Numbered from the stretch's first letter, positions 1 to 9,672 are shown. The stretch is DNA of 64,000 nt from Candidatus Dojkabacteria bacterium (GCA_014729085.1 WJKM01000019.1:836-64835), one strand, 5' to 3'. Program-made: numbers and translations. The notes: generated from the letters alone by a model not told the origin.

Positions 1-1125
1 GTTTCATTAGCTTCTTCTTCTCTATCTTCTTTTTGTTGCTCAAGAACATCTGAATCTACCTTTACAGTTTCACCTTGGATATCAATATTCCATCCTGTTA
101 ATTTTGCAGCAAGCCTTACATTCTGACCGTCTTTTCCGATAGCAAGCGAAAGCTGTTCGTCTGGTACAATGACTTGAATAATTTTATTTTCCCCATCCAA
201 AATCTTTGATTCAATAACTTGAGCTGGACTTAATGCATTGTTTACAAACTGCTCCTCATCTTCATCCCATAAAATTATATCTATCTTTTCCTCATGCTGA
301 CCCATTTTCAGTTCATTCATAATTGCCATAATTCTTACACCCTTTTGTCCAACGCAGGAACCAATTGGATCTACTCCTTCAACATTTGATTTAACTGCAA
401 CTTTTGATCTTTGACCTGCTTCTCTCGCAATAGATTTTATCTCCAACGTTTCCGATAAAAGCTCAGGAACCTCTAATCTAAACAGTGCCTTTAAAAATTC
501 AGGATCTGCTCTCGAAACAAAAATTGTCTTGCCTCTTGGGGTATCCTTAATGTCCTTAATTAAAACTTTATACTTAGCTCCGCTTTTATAGTATTCGTTT
601 GGAATTCTTTCAGAAGCCGGCATTACAGCTGTTGCTTTTCCAAGTTCAAACAAAACTGAATCTCCATCCATCCTTTGTGCAATTGCTGTCTCGATTTCTC
701 CAATACTTCCAAGAAATTTTTGTATTTGACTTTCCTTTTCAGCCTCTCTCAACTTCTGCATAATAACTTGCTTTGCAGTCTGGGCAGCCACTCGTCCAAA
801 ATCCCCTTCCGGCGTAATATCTATTTCAACATGATCACCCACTTCTAATTTAGACTCTAGATCACGGGCTTTTTTCAACGAAATCTGGGTCGCTTTGTTT
901 GTAACTTTCTCAACTACCTTTTTATCTACAAATACGGTAACCGCTCCATCAGTTTCATCTATCTCAACACTTATTTCAGCTCCTTCTTCTTCAGAATAGT
1001 CTTTCTTAAATCCTGATTTAATTGCATGCTTTACTGCATCTAATATTTCATCTGCATCGATTCCTCTTTCAGCAGCTATCTGGTTTACTGCCATTAAAAA
1101 TTCTGATTGAATTGCCATAATTTAT
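1..1125 (-). CDS. nusA: Transcription termination/antitermination factor NusA (C-terminus runs off the window start)
   Basis: Reverse-strand translation from the ATG at 1125-1123 gives MAIQSEFLMAVNQIAAERGIDADEILDAV... with S1- and KH-like segments typical of NusA. Not in the ORF track because it is open at the window edge. Confidence 0.85.
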
Positions 1126-1271
1126 TTAAGTAATAAGTTAATACAGTTATTAATATTTCTAAGATTTAAAAGTTACTTACATTCTACCACTTTTTATTTT
1201 TATATGATTATACCTCCTTTTCTAAATTCTCAAATATATTTTTTTTGAGGTTTAATCGAGATTATTCCCAA

Positions 1272-1296
1272 TAAAAAAGGCGGACACTGTCCACCG
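1272..1296 (-). terminator. Rho-independent terminator downstream of the chorismate mutase gene
   Basis: A-run on the plus strand followed by the hairpin ggcggaca/tgtccacc; in minus-strand sense this is a hairpin followed by a U-tract. Confidence 0.5.
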
Positions 1297-1367
1297 TAAT
1301 AAAATCTACTCATTGCTTCTTCTCAAAGATTATAACTTAAATACTGGCTAAAACACAAAACTGCAAA

Positions 1368-1634
1368 TTAACTCCCTTCTTCTATCCTTAACGATTCTTT
1401 GTGTATTAGATCCCAAATATCTTCAACCAAGTCAGGACTTAGGTTCATTTCTAATGCTTGCGATCTAATATTATTAATGAGCCGATTCCATCTTTTTGAA
1501 TCTTGGGGAGGCAACTTCTTTTCTTTTTTGTAATCTCCAATTTTACTGACAATGTCCATTCTTTCTGAGAGAAGTTCAACAATCATCTGGTCAATTAAAT
1601 CAATTTTAACTCTGTAATCATAAAGAGTGGTCAT
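1368..1634 (-). CDS. Chorismate mutase (AroQ class)
   Basis: ...KIDLIDQMIVELLSERMDIVSKIGDYKKEKKLPPQDSKRWNRLINN... matches the AroQ helix-bundle signature. Start most likely at the internal Met (MTTLYDY), not the track's 1655. Confidence 0.7.
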   Translation of the reverse strand: MTTLYDYRVKIDLIDQMIVELLSERMDIVSKIGDYKKEKKLPPQDSKRWNRLINNIRSQALEMNLSPDLVEDIWDLIHKESLRIEEGS

Positions 1635-1779
1635 AATCAATATAATTAAGCACATAATCCTCGCTACGCTCGGAATTATTTGCCTTCATCCCGTAAAACA
1701 GGATTTCGGCAGCTTGTATGTAAAATGTAAATTTTAAAAATTTCCAATTTCCGTAACAATAAAATATACAATCATTATA

Positions 1780-2091
1780 CTAAAAATTTTCCTCCCAAAA
1801 AGCACAATCCCCAGGTGTCCATGCAAAGCATGCGAACTTTGATTTATTAGGTCCCGATTCAATTACCCTCACTGGGTAACCTAATTCTTGAGCATCTGGA
1901 CATTGACATCTCACAGGATACCTGTGCGACCATCCATGGATTCGATATTTACAATCTTTTCCCGCGAACCTTCTTGCAGACTTAGATAAAGGATCCGCAT
2001 AGTGAGATGCACAACCAGGGATTCCATGTGAAGGTCGCTCGTCTGGCCGTACTCTCTGGAATGGTGGTGTTGATGGTATCCTATCTTCCAT
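1780..2091 (-). CDS. Hypothetical Cys/His/Trp-rich small protein with atypical (GC-richer) composition
   Basis: 103-aa ORF overlapping the racemase stop by 11 nt, with 7 Cys and several His/Trp. No family recognised. Confidence 0.4.
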   Translation of the reverse strand: MEDRIPSTPPFQRVRPDERPSHGIPGCASHYADPLSKSARRFAGKDCKYRIHGWSHRYPVRCQCPDAQELGYPVRVIESGPNKSKFACFAWTPGDCAFWEENF

Positions 2092-2785
2092 GCATCACTG
2101 ATAAAAGTTTATCAACAGAAGATTGGACTAAAATTTCCATAGTATCGATTACTTTTATCCCCTTAATTTCTTTTACTACTAATTGAAGATCTGTACACGC
2201 CAATACCAAGGTTTCTAACTTATTTCTCTCAAATTTATTAATAATTCTCTCAATTTCTTTCTTTTCTTTTATTGTATCTAAACTCCATACTAATTTATTT
2301 ATAAGCACCCCAAGTTTTTCCTGATCTTTTTCTGAAGGTAGAGAAATTTGGATTCCAGCTTTATCAAAAAGCTTCTGGTAAATTTTCGAATTAAGCGTTG
2401 TCTTCGTGGCCAAAAAACCAACTTTATTGATTTTTTGATCTACTAGAAAATTCTCAGTCTCTTCAGCAATATTCAAAATTGGAATATCCACCGACTCCCG
2501 AATTATACTTATAAATTTATGAACAGAATTACATGGTATTACAATAAAATCAGCTCCTCCTTTCTCTAATCTTTTTGCAGCATCTACGAGGTATGGTATA
2601 TAACGTTCTTCATCTTTAGCATCTCTTATGAGTTCTTTTTCGATTTGAAACTTGAGCGGAACACTCCACATCAAAACTCCCGGTCTCTGACTTTCATTTC
2701 TTTTAAAAGTTTCAAATAATAACTTAAGATAAAATTTTGCTGTTGTTTCAGGACCTAATCCGCCGATTATTCCGACTGTATTCAT
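2081..2785 (-). CDS. Aspartate/glutamate racemase family protein
   Basis: N-terminal IGIIGGLGPETT plus later conserved Cys/Thr regions typical of Asp/Glu/hydantoin racemases. Confidence 0.85.
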   Translation of the reverse strand: MNTVGIIGGLGPETTAKFYLKLLFETFKRNESQRPGVLMWSVPLKFQIEKELIRDAKDEERYIPYLVDAAKRLEKGGADFIVIPCNSVHKFISIIRESVDIPILNIAEETENFLVDQKINKVGFLATKTTLNSKIYQKLFDKAGIQISLPSEKDQEKLGVLINKLVWSLDTIKEKKEIERIINKFERNKLETLVLACTDLQLVVKEIKGIKVIDTMEILVQSSVDKLLSVMHGR

Positions 2786-2789
2786 TTTA

Positions 2790-4208
2790 TTAAGTTAAGA
2801 TTTTATTTGCCGAAAGAACGTTTATTAGAACATCTTTTAATACCTGTTTATTCTCAATCCCGCCCTCATCTTCAAGTTTTTGCAACAAAACTCTTGAAGG
2901 TTCCATTTCTGCAAGATTTTCTTTAAAAAAGGCTTCAATTTCTGCAGTATCTCCGCTTCCGGTAGCAACTAAACCTTCAATTGCTTTCCTAATTTCTATA
3001 TCCCTCATCTCCCATCCGCTTACTTCCCTTATTTCCCAATTATCCCCAACTTTTTCGCTTACTGTAAATTTCCCGTCTAAACCCAATTTTTGAGCTTGTG
3101 ATGAATTATTTTCCACAGCTTCAAAATCCAGCAAAGGCTCTTCATTCTCTAAAGCCCAAAGCAACCTACCAATAGATAAAGTCATTGCAGCTGCATTAGC
3201 CTCAGGTGACTGCTGCGTTGAAATTGGTCTGAATTCTACTAACAATCTTTCGATATCCAAATCTTCATCTGTAATGAATTTAAGTTTTGAGGCAAGCCAA
3301 TTCGTCCCTGTTGCTATTGCTAAGGCTTCGAACTCATTAGAGGGTTCAAGTATCAATGGATGTTTTGCCATATGTTCGAAAACATCCTCGACATCATCGA
3401 AAAAACCATCTGGCAAAAATACCCTATGCCCTGTTTCCGTCAAATGAGTCATATCCCACAATCTATTCCTCGGTTCATTCCATCCAGTATCAACTCCTTC
3501 AGCAAATCTCGAATTACCCGTAATAGCTACTAAAAAAGGTGACATTTGTATGGACCAGTTCACCAAATCAACAGCTTCTTCCGGACTTGTAGCTGACATA
3601 TTAAACTGAATTGAATTGCAAGCGCTTACAACAGTAGCATCAGGCTCTTCCTCTAATCCCAGTTCTTCCATTAAAACAAAGGAATCTTCTACCCTATTCT
3701 CTATATGATGATTTGGAACTTGCTCATATTTTGGCTTGCTTGTTCTAACAATATTATTGAGCTCAAGTGTCGGATGCAGCCCCATCTTTAATACACTTGC
3801 ACCCTTATCATTTGCAGCATCTACCAAACAATCATCCAACCACGTAAACAACTCAACCATTTTATCCGGCGAAAATCCCTGTGAAAATATTTCCTCCTGA
3901 TTAGCCTCAATTTGAAAGGCTCCCAATTCCGGTTGAAAGGAAAATAAACCACCTCTCTCATTAGACAATAAATTTGCATCATCTATAATCTGGTCTCTCA
4001 AACTTTCGTCAATAGGACTTAAATCTGAGTGCACTAAACTAAACTCAGCCTCTATACCAATAGTTCTAGGATTATGTCCCTTGAAAGGAGATTGTAAAGT
4101 CAACTTTTCAAAAGCATTTCCCAAATAATTCCCTGCACGCCTTTCTTGGGGAGTACTAGTTAAAATATTTTGCGCTCTAATATTTTGTATTTGCTCATTT
4201 ATATTCAT
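2790..4208 (-). CDS. Carboxylate-amine ligase, glutamate-cysteine ligase family 2 (GCS2/YbdK-like)
   Basis: TIGIEAEFSLV motif and length fit GCS2. Start placed at MNINEQ (4208), because the track's upstream extension to 4319 runs through a terminator hairpin. Confidence 0.65.
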   Translation of the reverse strand: MNINEQIQNIRAQNILTSTPQERRAGNYLGNAFEKLTLQSPFKGHNPRTIGIEAEFSLVHSDLSPIDESLRDQIIDDANLLSNERGGLFSFQPELGAFQIEANQEEIFSQGFSPDKMVELFTWLDDCLVDAANDKGASVLKMGLHPTLELNNIVRTSKPKYEQVPNHHIENRVEDSFVLMEELGLEEEPDATVVSACNSIQFNMSATSPEEAVDLVNWSIQMSPFLVAITGNSRFAEGVDTGWNEPRNRLWDMTHLTETGHRVFLPDGFFDDVEDVFEHMAKHPLILEPSNEFEALAIATGTNWLASKLKFITDEDLDIERLLVEFRPISTQQSPEANAAAMTLSIGRLLWALENEEPLLDFEAVENNSSQAQKLGLDGKFTVSEKVGDNWEIREVSGWEMRDIEIRKAIEGLVATGSGDTAEIEAFFKENLAEMEPSRVLLQKLEDEGGIENKQVLKDVLINVLSANKILT

Positions 4209-4267
4209 TTTATTTAATTCAAAAATAATATTTAGTAAGTTAGAATTTATTACATATTTGAAAGTGA

Positions 4268-4356
4268 TAAAAAACCCACCTTTCGGTGGGTTAAAAATCA
4301 ATACAGATATATACCTCACCGAAAGGAAAGTTCTGAATAATAGTAATAATAATTTT
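4268..4356 (-). promoter_or_regulatory. Leader/terminator unit A: A-tract, hairpin cccacc-tttc-ggtggg, then a segment (cctcaccgaaagg) complementary to the hairpin loop and 3' stem
   Basis: Seen directly. Hairpin 4277-4292; the 4313-4325 segment can pair with cctttcggtg at 4281-4290. Confidence 0.5.
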
Positions 4357-4398
4357 GTGTGATAAATTTAAAAACCATATTTAATCAACTTAATATAA

Positions 4399-4490
4399 AA
4401 AGAAAAAACCACTCTTGGCGAGTGGTATATTCAAAAACTACAATATCCAATCACTCACCCAAGGGTAAGTTTTGAATAATAATAGTTTTT
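4399..4490 (-). promoter_or_regulatory. Leader/terminator unit B: a paralogous copy of unit A
   Basis: A-tract plus hairpin ccactc-ttggc-gagtgg (4410-4426), then tcactcacccaagggtaagttttgaataataatag. This aligns with unit A's tcaccgaaaggaaagttctgaataatagtaataat. Confidence 0.5.
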
Positions 4491-4567
4491 ATTTAATGAT
4501 GTCAATTTCATGATTATTTGATTTGTAACAATATTACTATAACACATTATAGGATTGTTTGTAAATA

Positions 4568-4969
4568 TCAAACCTTCTCTAAAATAAAATTGTCTTCTTC
4601 TGCAATTTCAGTGAAATTCTTCGTATGCTTTACTTCTTCTAAAACTGGACTTCCAATTTCAGTAAAATGAATCTTTTCTTCAGTTACTTTATGAATTTCA
4701 AGCACATTATAAGTATCATAACTCATCAGTGCATTAAGATCTTGTGTATTTATAATAATTAGTCTCTGCTTATTACCTTCTGGAGTTACAACCCATTTAG
4801 GAATTGCAACTATTGTTCCATCATCAGACCACTTTGGCGGACTACCGCACCTGTATGCAATAAAATATCTATCTTTATCAAGTTGTAAATATGCTGTACC
4901 TTCTAAGGGGAGTCCTGCCATGATATGCTTTAAATGCTCGTAGACAATCTTATTATCACCTTTTTTCAA
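4568..4969 (-). CDS. Hypothetical protein
   Basis: 133-aa ORF with no recognisable motif, co-oriented with neighbours. Confidence 0.4.
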   Translation of the reverse strand: MKKGDNKIVYEHLKHIMAGLPLEGTAYLQLDKDRYFIAYRCGSPPKWSDDGTIVAIPKWVVTPEGNKQRLIIINTQDLNALMSYDTYNVLEIHKVTEEKIHFTEIGSPVLEEVKHTKNFTEIAEEDNFILEKV

Positions 4970-5060
4970 GCTATCAAGATTGTTGTCAAAACGCCATGGA
5001 TCTGTAATTTTTTTAATTCAGAAGTAAATGTTTTATAGTATTCATTAGATAAATCAAAAA

Positions 5061-5777
5061 CTAGGATTCAAGCGTCCATCTTGCTTTCCCTTCCTCTTGC
5101 TTGTAAAACATATTTACTGACTTCAACACTCTTCTCCAAAAGTAAAGCAATATTTCTGAAGGATTTTGTTCTAACTTTTTAATATTAATATTTGAACTCA
5201 AAAATGCTTCATATTCCTTTTTCTCAATCGGCATCCTTGGATAACGCATAAATTGAAGAGCATGAATAATTTCATGTTCTAAATTATTAATTTGTTTATA
5301 CACTTCATATTCAGATTCTGGCCTTTTTAAATCAATAAATACGTCCCTGCTATCTGTTGAGTATGTACCCTCAGCCCCTGACTCTTCAAACCATTCTTCT
5401 AATTCATATTCTGCCCTAACAGAAATACTATTATTTTTTGCGACTTTCATAAGTCTTCTACGATATTCTGCTGGATCAGAATACAACAAATCTCGTGGAG
5501 GTAAACCATATTTTGCCTTAATAATCTGATGATCTTCCACCATTCTTGCAATGAGTTTTTCAGTTTTATGGTAAGGAATACCTGTTACGTACTCAGTCAC
5601 TTTTGACAAGAATCTTTCAGTTTCAGCTTGATACTCTTCAGCAGTTTTACAAGCAGATTCATTCATATCGGTCAGTTCTTGTGCTACTCTTTCATCTTCT
5701 ATAAAATGTTGCCCATCAATATTATGAACTGCTGGCTCTTTTCTACCCCCTCCTTCTTCAACTAGTTTGTTTTTCAT
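5061..5777 (-). CDS. Hypothetical protein with an HExxH (HEIIH) zinc-metallopeptidase-like motif
   Basis: 238 aa; HEIIHALQF with downstream Glu residues. No signal peptide. Confidence 0.4.
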   Translation of the reverse strand: MKNKLVEEGGGRKEPAVHNIDGQHFIEDERVAQELTDMNESACKTAEEYQAETERFLSKVTEYVTGIPYHKTEKLIARMVEDHQIIKAKYGLPPRDLLYSDPAEYRRRLMKVAKNNSISVRAEYELEEWFEESGAEGTYSTDSRDVFIDLKRPESEYEVYKQINNLEHEIIHALQFMRYPRMPIEKKEYEAFLSSNINIKKLEQNPSEILLYFWRRVLKSVNMFYKQEEGKARWTLES

Positions 5778-5836
5778 ATTCTATTCTTTCAAATATTTCA
5801 AATATTATAACCAATATTTGAAGTCAATGTTCACAT

Positions 5837-7678
5837 TTAACTAACAATTCCTCTCAGCTTGAGTTCTTTTTCTATTCTCAAGCCCTCAATAAAGGCTTTT
5901 TCGGGACTCTCTCCGACAATACCAAACATTCCCCATCCGGGAGCTACTGCGGTTAAAAGTCTGATGTCCTCTCTATTAAGGTTTAATTCTTCAGCAATAA
6001 CGCTTAGTGCATTGTCAACATCTTGGTAGTCAATTCCAATATTAGGTTTAATCACCAATGTAGCAAAAGGCATCTCTTTTCCATACATTCTTTCAACTAT
6101 TTTTCCGAAACCTCGAGCTGTATCACCCCCATTTGTCCTAATATTCATATCTTGAAGAGCATTTACTTTCTTCTCCCCCCATCTTGTTTGTATAGTCCCT
6201 ATTGCCATATCAATACCACCCCTGGAAAAACCTTCCGGACCATAATATTCAGCCATCTTTTTAATTGTATCAATTCCCGTATCATATTCCTCTTGGGTCA
6301 TTCCAAGTATTCTATCTCCATTGTGACCATTATTTCGAATATAATCCCTTGGTGCATATACATGTCCTCCCCATTCAGTTGTCTCCTTTATTTCTCCGTT
6401 CTCATCCTCTTCAGTAATAAATATCTGAACTAATTTAGTATCATATCCATTTCCACCTCTGACATGAACTGAAGGAGCAACATTTCTTACCTGATCGATT
6501 CCTTTCCCTTTCAGTTCCATCGTTCTATAATTGACAAAAGACTCAATAACCCAGGAATGGCCCTTACTATGCATCTCTCTTGCAATTTTATCCACATCAT
6601 AACCACCATTTGGATATACTGGAAATGCGCCTTTTCCATCAGATCCTCTAACAGGTTTACAGTAATTTTTCTCGCTGCCCCATCTATCTTTTAGTAAACT
6701 GAGACCAAGTGCAACCCGCTGTTTGAAGACTTCATAGTCAGGATCCCAGACAATACTATAACCAGGCATTCTTGGTGTCTCCTCTCCCATTTCTATTTCA
6801 ATAGGTGAAAGTTTGCCTTCAGCTTCTAACCAAGACTCGTATGTATCTTCCTCAACTTGAATTTCTCCAGCTGCTTCTGGTGTTGGGTAAAGATAACCTT
6901 TATTTGCAAGTTTTTTAGTGATTTCTGCACTATTTGCATCTACATTTAATTTATCGATTGGTTCAAGTCCGCTTGCTTCTCTGACTTTATTTACCTTATC
7001 TCTTAAATACAACAATAGCATACTTGTTTCCTCATCTGTTATATAAACCTGTAAGACAGTTTCGGGATTTTGAGCAAGTTCATTAACAATAATTTGAATA
7101 TCCTTATCCGATGGCTCTTCTTCTCCAACACACTCAAGCGCTTTGTATAACCACTTATGTGAGTTATAATTTAGGAGGCCTTTTCCAATTGCATGAGTTT
7201 CAACATCAGGCCTTGTTTGTGCGACTTGCCTCCAAGCATCGGAATTTCCAAAAGCAATGTCTCCTGGATTTGCAAGAGCTAATTCCCTGCTTGCAATTGC
7301 CGCATTTATACCAATTCCATTACCAGTTGCCTGTATAACGTCTAATTCTATTTGTCTAACACTGATGGACTCTGTTCCACCAGAGATAATAATTTTTCTT
7401 GCCTCTTTACCATTAGCAATATAAGGCTCCCATGCTTCTTTCGCATCCAATAATATCTTATCTTTTGATTCTCCGAACAATACTTGGGCTACTGTTTCCA
7501 ATCCACCTTCCAAACCAGGAAGATCTTCAAGCATATAGGGACCATCTTGCTGATCTTTCCATAAAAGCTCGTTCGTTTCATTCGTTACTTTATTTTTTAC
7601 AAGAATTTCTCCTTCTGCTTTAGTAGGCCATGTGTAACCACCTGTTTTTGGAGAAACTATATATGGATTATCTTCCAT
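5837..7678 (-). CDS. Large hypothetical protein (613 aa), Gly-rich enzyme-like regions, family not recognised
   Basis: Long uninterrupted ORF in AT-rich DNA. IISGGTES, GGNGYD and NGGDTARGFG segments suggest nucleotide or phosphate binding. Confidence 0.5.
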   Translation of the reverse strand: MEDNPYIVSPKTGGYTWPTKAEGEILVKNKVTNETNELLWKDQQDGPYMLEDLPGLEGGLETVAQVLFGESKDKILLDAKEAWEPYIANGKEARKIIISGGTESISVRQIELDVIQATGNGIGINAAIASRELALANPGDIAFGNSDAWRQVAQTRPDVETHAIGKGLLNYNSHKWLYKALECVGEEEPSDKDIQIIVNELAQNPETVLQVYITDEETSMLLLYLRDKVNKVREASGLEPIDKLNVDANSAEITKKLANKGYLYPTPEAAGEIQVEEDTYESWLEAEGKLSPIEIEMGEETPRMPGYSIVWDPDYEVFKQRVALGLSLLKDRWGSEKNYCKPVRGSDGKGAFPVYPNGGYDVDKIAREMHSKGHSWVIESFVNYRTMELKGKGIDQVRNVAPSVHVRGGNGYDTKLVQIFITEEDENGEIKETTEWGGHVYAPRDYIRNNGHNGDRILGMTQEEYDTGIDTIKKMAEYYGPEGFSRGGIDMAIGTIQTRWGEKKVNALQDMNIRTNGGDTARGFGKIVERMYGKEMPFATLVIKPNIGIDYQDVDNALSVIAEELNLNREDIRLLTAVAPGWGMFGIVGESPEKAFIEGLRIEKELKLRGIVS

Positions 7679-7695
7679 TAAACTTCATACAAATA

Positions 7696-7722
7696 TAAAA
7701 AAATCCGCCTTTTGGCGGATAT
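7696..7722 (-). terminator. Rho-independent terminator (A7 + atccgcc-ttttg-gcggat) downstream of the transketolase C-terminal-section gene
   Basis: Perfect 7-bp stem preceded by an A-tract on the plus strand. A near-duplicate imperfect hairpin lies at 7752-7769. Confidence 0.6.
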
Positions 7723-7889
7723 ACTAAATTACCTAGAATCAAACAAATTCTATCCGCCTAGTGGTGGATTTCAAAAAAGAAAAAGAATTTGTTATTTTCC
7801 TGGTATATATTCATTATGTGTATATTATACCCTATAATATATTCTCTGTCAACTACTTAATTAATAGCTAGTATATTAACAAAGCATAT

Positions 7890-8867
7890 CTAAAAAATCA
7901 AGCTCGAAATTTGCTTTCTCAGACTCTTCCGATCAAGACCATATTTAGACCACAAATCTCTATGACTTCCAGACTCTCCAAAAGTATCCTTTATACCTAT
8001 GCATTTAATTTCAACAGGATGCTTTTCTCCTAACAATCTTGCAACGCTTTCTCCAAGACCGCCCCAAATGTTATGTTCTTCTACTACTATCACTTTGTTC
8101 GTTTTTTTGGCTGATTTTAATATTATTTCCTTATCAAGTGGCTTAACTGTATGAATATTCAATAAATCAATACTCAATCCATCTTCAATTAAAGGAAGTA
8201 ATGCCTGTATAGTCTCATAAACCATAGATCCCGTTGCTATTACAGTTAAATCATCTCCTTTTATTAGTTTTTGTGCTTTACCTATTTCAAATTCCGAATC
8301 CGGTTTTAGAAATACTGGAAATTTTGCTCTAGTGACCCGTAGATAGGCTGGCCCCTTCATTTCTGAGATTAGCTTTGTAGCCTGCATTGCTTGATTATAA
8401 TCGGCTGGTGTGATAATTGTGATACCTGCAAGCGACTTCATCATGCCTAAATCGGAATTCATCTGAGCACTAGCACCGTCCTCTCCAACATTCAAACCAT
8501 AATGTGATCCAACTACTTTAATATTTTGTTTACAAATTGCAGCTAAACGAATCTGGCTGAAATTTAATCCCGGGCTAAATGCTGCAAAAGATGTAATAAA
8601 AGGAATTTTTCCAACTATTTCCAAACCAGTTGCAATGCCAGCCATATTCTGTTCAGCAACTCCTACCTGAACAAACTGATTAGGTAGCTCTTTTTCAAAT
8701 TTCTTAACCCTCAAAGATCCCGGTAAGTCTGCATTTAAAACAATAATATCTTTATTATCTTTCCCAAGTTTTAAAATCATTTCTCCAAAACCATCTCGTA
8801 ATGCTTTTTGTTCAAGCTTTGATTCGTTTTTCCAATCTCTTAAAAAATAGTTCGACATTTTATTCAT
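7890..8867 (-). CDS. Transketolase, C-terminal section (pyrimidine-binding and C-terminal domains)
   Basis: ...QVGVAEQNMAGIATGLEIVGKIPFITSFAAFS... typical of TktB-type split transketolase. Confidence 0.85.
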   Translation of the reverse strand: MNKMSNYFLRDWKNESKLEQKALRDGFGEMILKLGKDNKDIIVLNADLPGSLRVKKFEKELPNQFVQVGVAEQNMAGIATGLEIVGKIPFITSFAAFSPGLNFSQIRLAAICKQNIKVVGSHYGLNVGEDGASAQMNSDLGMMKSLAGITIITPADYNQAMQATKLISEMKGPAYLRVTRAKFPVFLKPDSEFEIGKAQKLIKGDDLTVIATGSMVYETIQALLPLIEDGLSIDLLNIHTVKPLDKEIILKSAKKTNKVIVVEEHNIWGGLGESVARLLGEKHPVEIKCIGIKDTFGESGSHRDLWSKYGLDRKSLRKQISSLIF

Positions 8868-8905
8868 TTAGTAAATTAAAACACTAACCTAACGTTACAT
8901 TCTGT

Positions 8906-9613
8906 TTAATAGGTAACATGCACCTCATGGATCCATATCTTCTCAGGTCTTAACAACATATACTTAACCACATCTGCAAGATCAGCGGGATCAGTAAATT
9001 TGTCAATAGGTACTTCTTCCTCCGTTTTTTCAAACATTTTCGTATTTGTTCCACTTTGATAAACTGCCCCAACTCTTACATTTGTGTCTTTCAAATCTTC
9101 CTTTAGTACATCAGTAAAACCCTTAACACCCCACTTGCTAGCTGTATAAACTGACTGTCCTTTCTGAGCTGTGACACCTGATTTGGATGAAATATTTATA
9201 ATTGCTGCATCTTCTTCCTCTCTTAAAATTGGAAGTGTGGATTGAGTAACATGAATAACTGCTGTTAAATTTGTCGCAATTACTTCCTCAATAGTCTCAG
9301 GGTGTATTTCATCTAAGTCCATCATTTTTTGCCAAATTCCAGCATTATTAATTAAGATATTAATTTTCCCAAAGTCATTCTTTATTGATTCTACTGCAGA
9401 TCCAATTCTTTCTTTGTCTTTCAAATCACAAATATAATATTTAACTTTTGGACTTCCTAATTGTTCACATTCTGATTTGACTTGTTCCAGTCGTTTTTCT
9501 GACCTGGCAACTAATGCAATTTCCACTTCTTCTTCTGCCAACCTCAAAGCTATCTGTTTACCTATTCCATCGCTAGAACCTGTGATAATCGCAACCTTAT
9601 TTTTAAGTTTCAC
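8906..9613 (-). CDS. SDR-family short-chain dehydrogenase/reductase
   Basis: TGSSDGIG cofactor motif, NNAG, and a YxxxK active site (YTASKWGVKG). Confidence 0.85.
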   Translation of the reverse strand: MKLKNKVAIITGSSDGIGKQIALRLAEEEVEIALVARSEKRLEQVKSECEQLGSPKVKYYICDLKDKERIGSAVESIKNDFGKINILINNAGIWQKMMDLDEIHPETIEEVIATNLTAVIHVTQSTLPILREEEDAAIINISSKSGVTAQKGQSVYTASKWGVKGFTDVLKEDLKDTNVRVGAVYQSGTNTKMFEKTEEEVPIDKFTDPADLADVVKYMLLRPEKIWIHEVHVTY

Positions 9614-9672
9614 TATTTTTTTATTAATAATTTAAAATAGAAATTACTACAAAAATAATATAATTATTGACT

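Noticed and set aside
1660-2100. GC-richer island considered as a structured ncRNA (RNase P RNA, tmRNA or SRP RNA) rather than the 103-aa ORF
   Set aside because: I did not see the conserved RNase P (GGAAAGUCCGG), tmRNA or SRP RNA signature blocks on either strand. A 103-codon open frame overlapping the racemase stop fits a coupled CDS better.
4209-4319. N-terminal extension of the GCS2 ligase ORF in the track, and the analogous extension of the racemase at 15518-15583
   Set aside because: Each extension runs through a perfect terminator hairpin and A-tract. The internal Met starts (MNINEQ, MKNSK) give clean gene boundaries.
6023-6433. Plus-strand ORFs (6023-6433, 7111-7338, 7432-7623) inside the 613-aa minus-strand gene
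   Set aside because: Shadow ORFs within a long coding region; no motifs.
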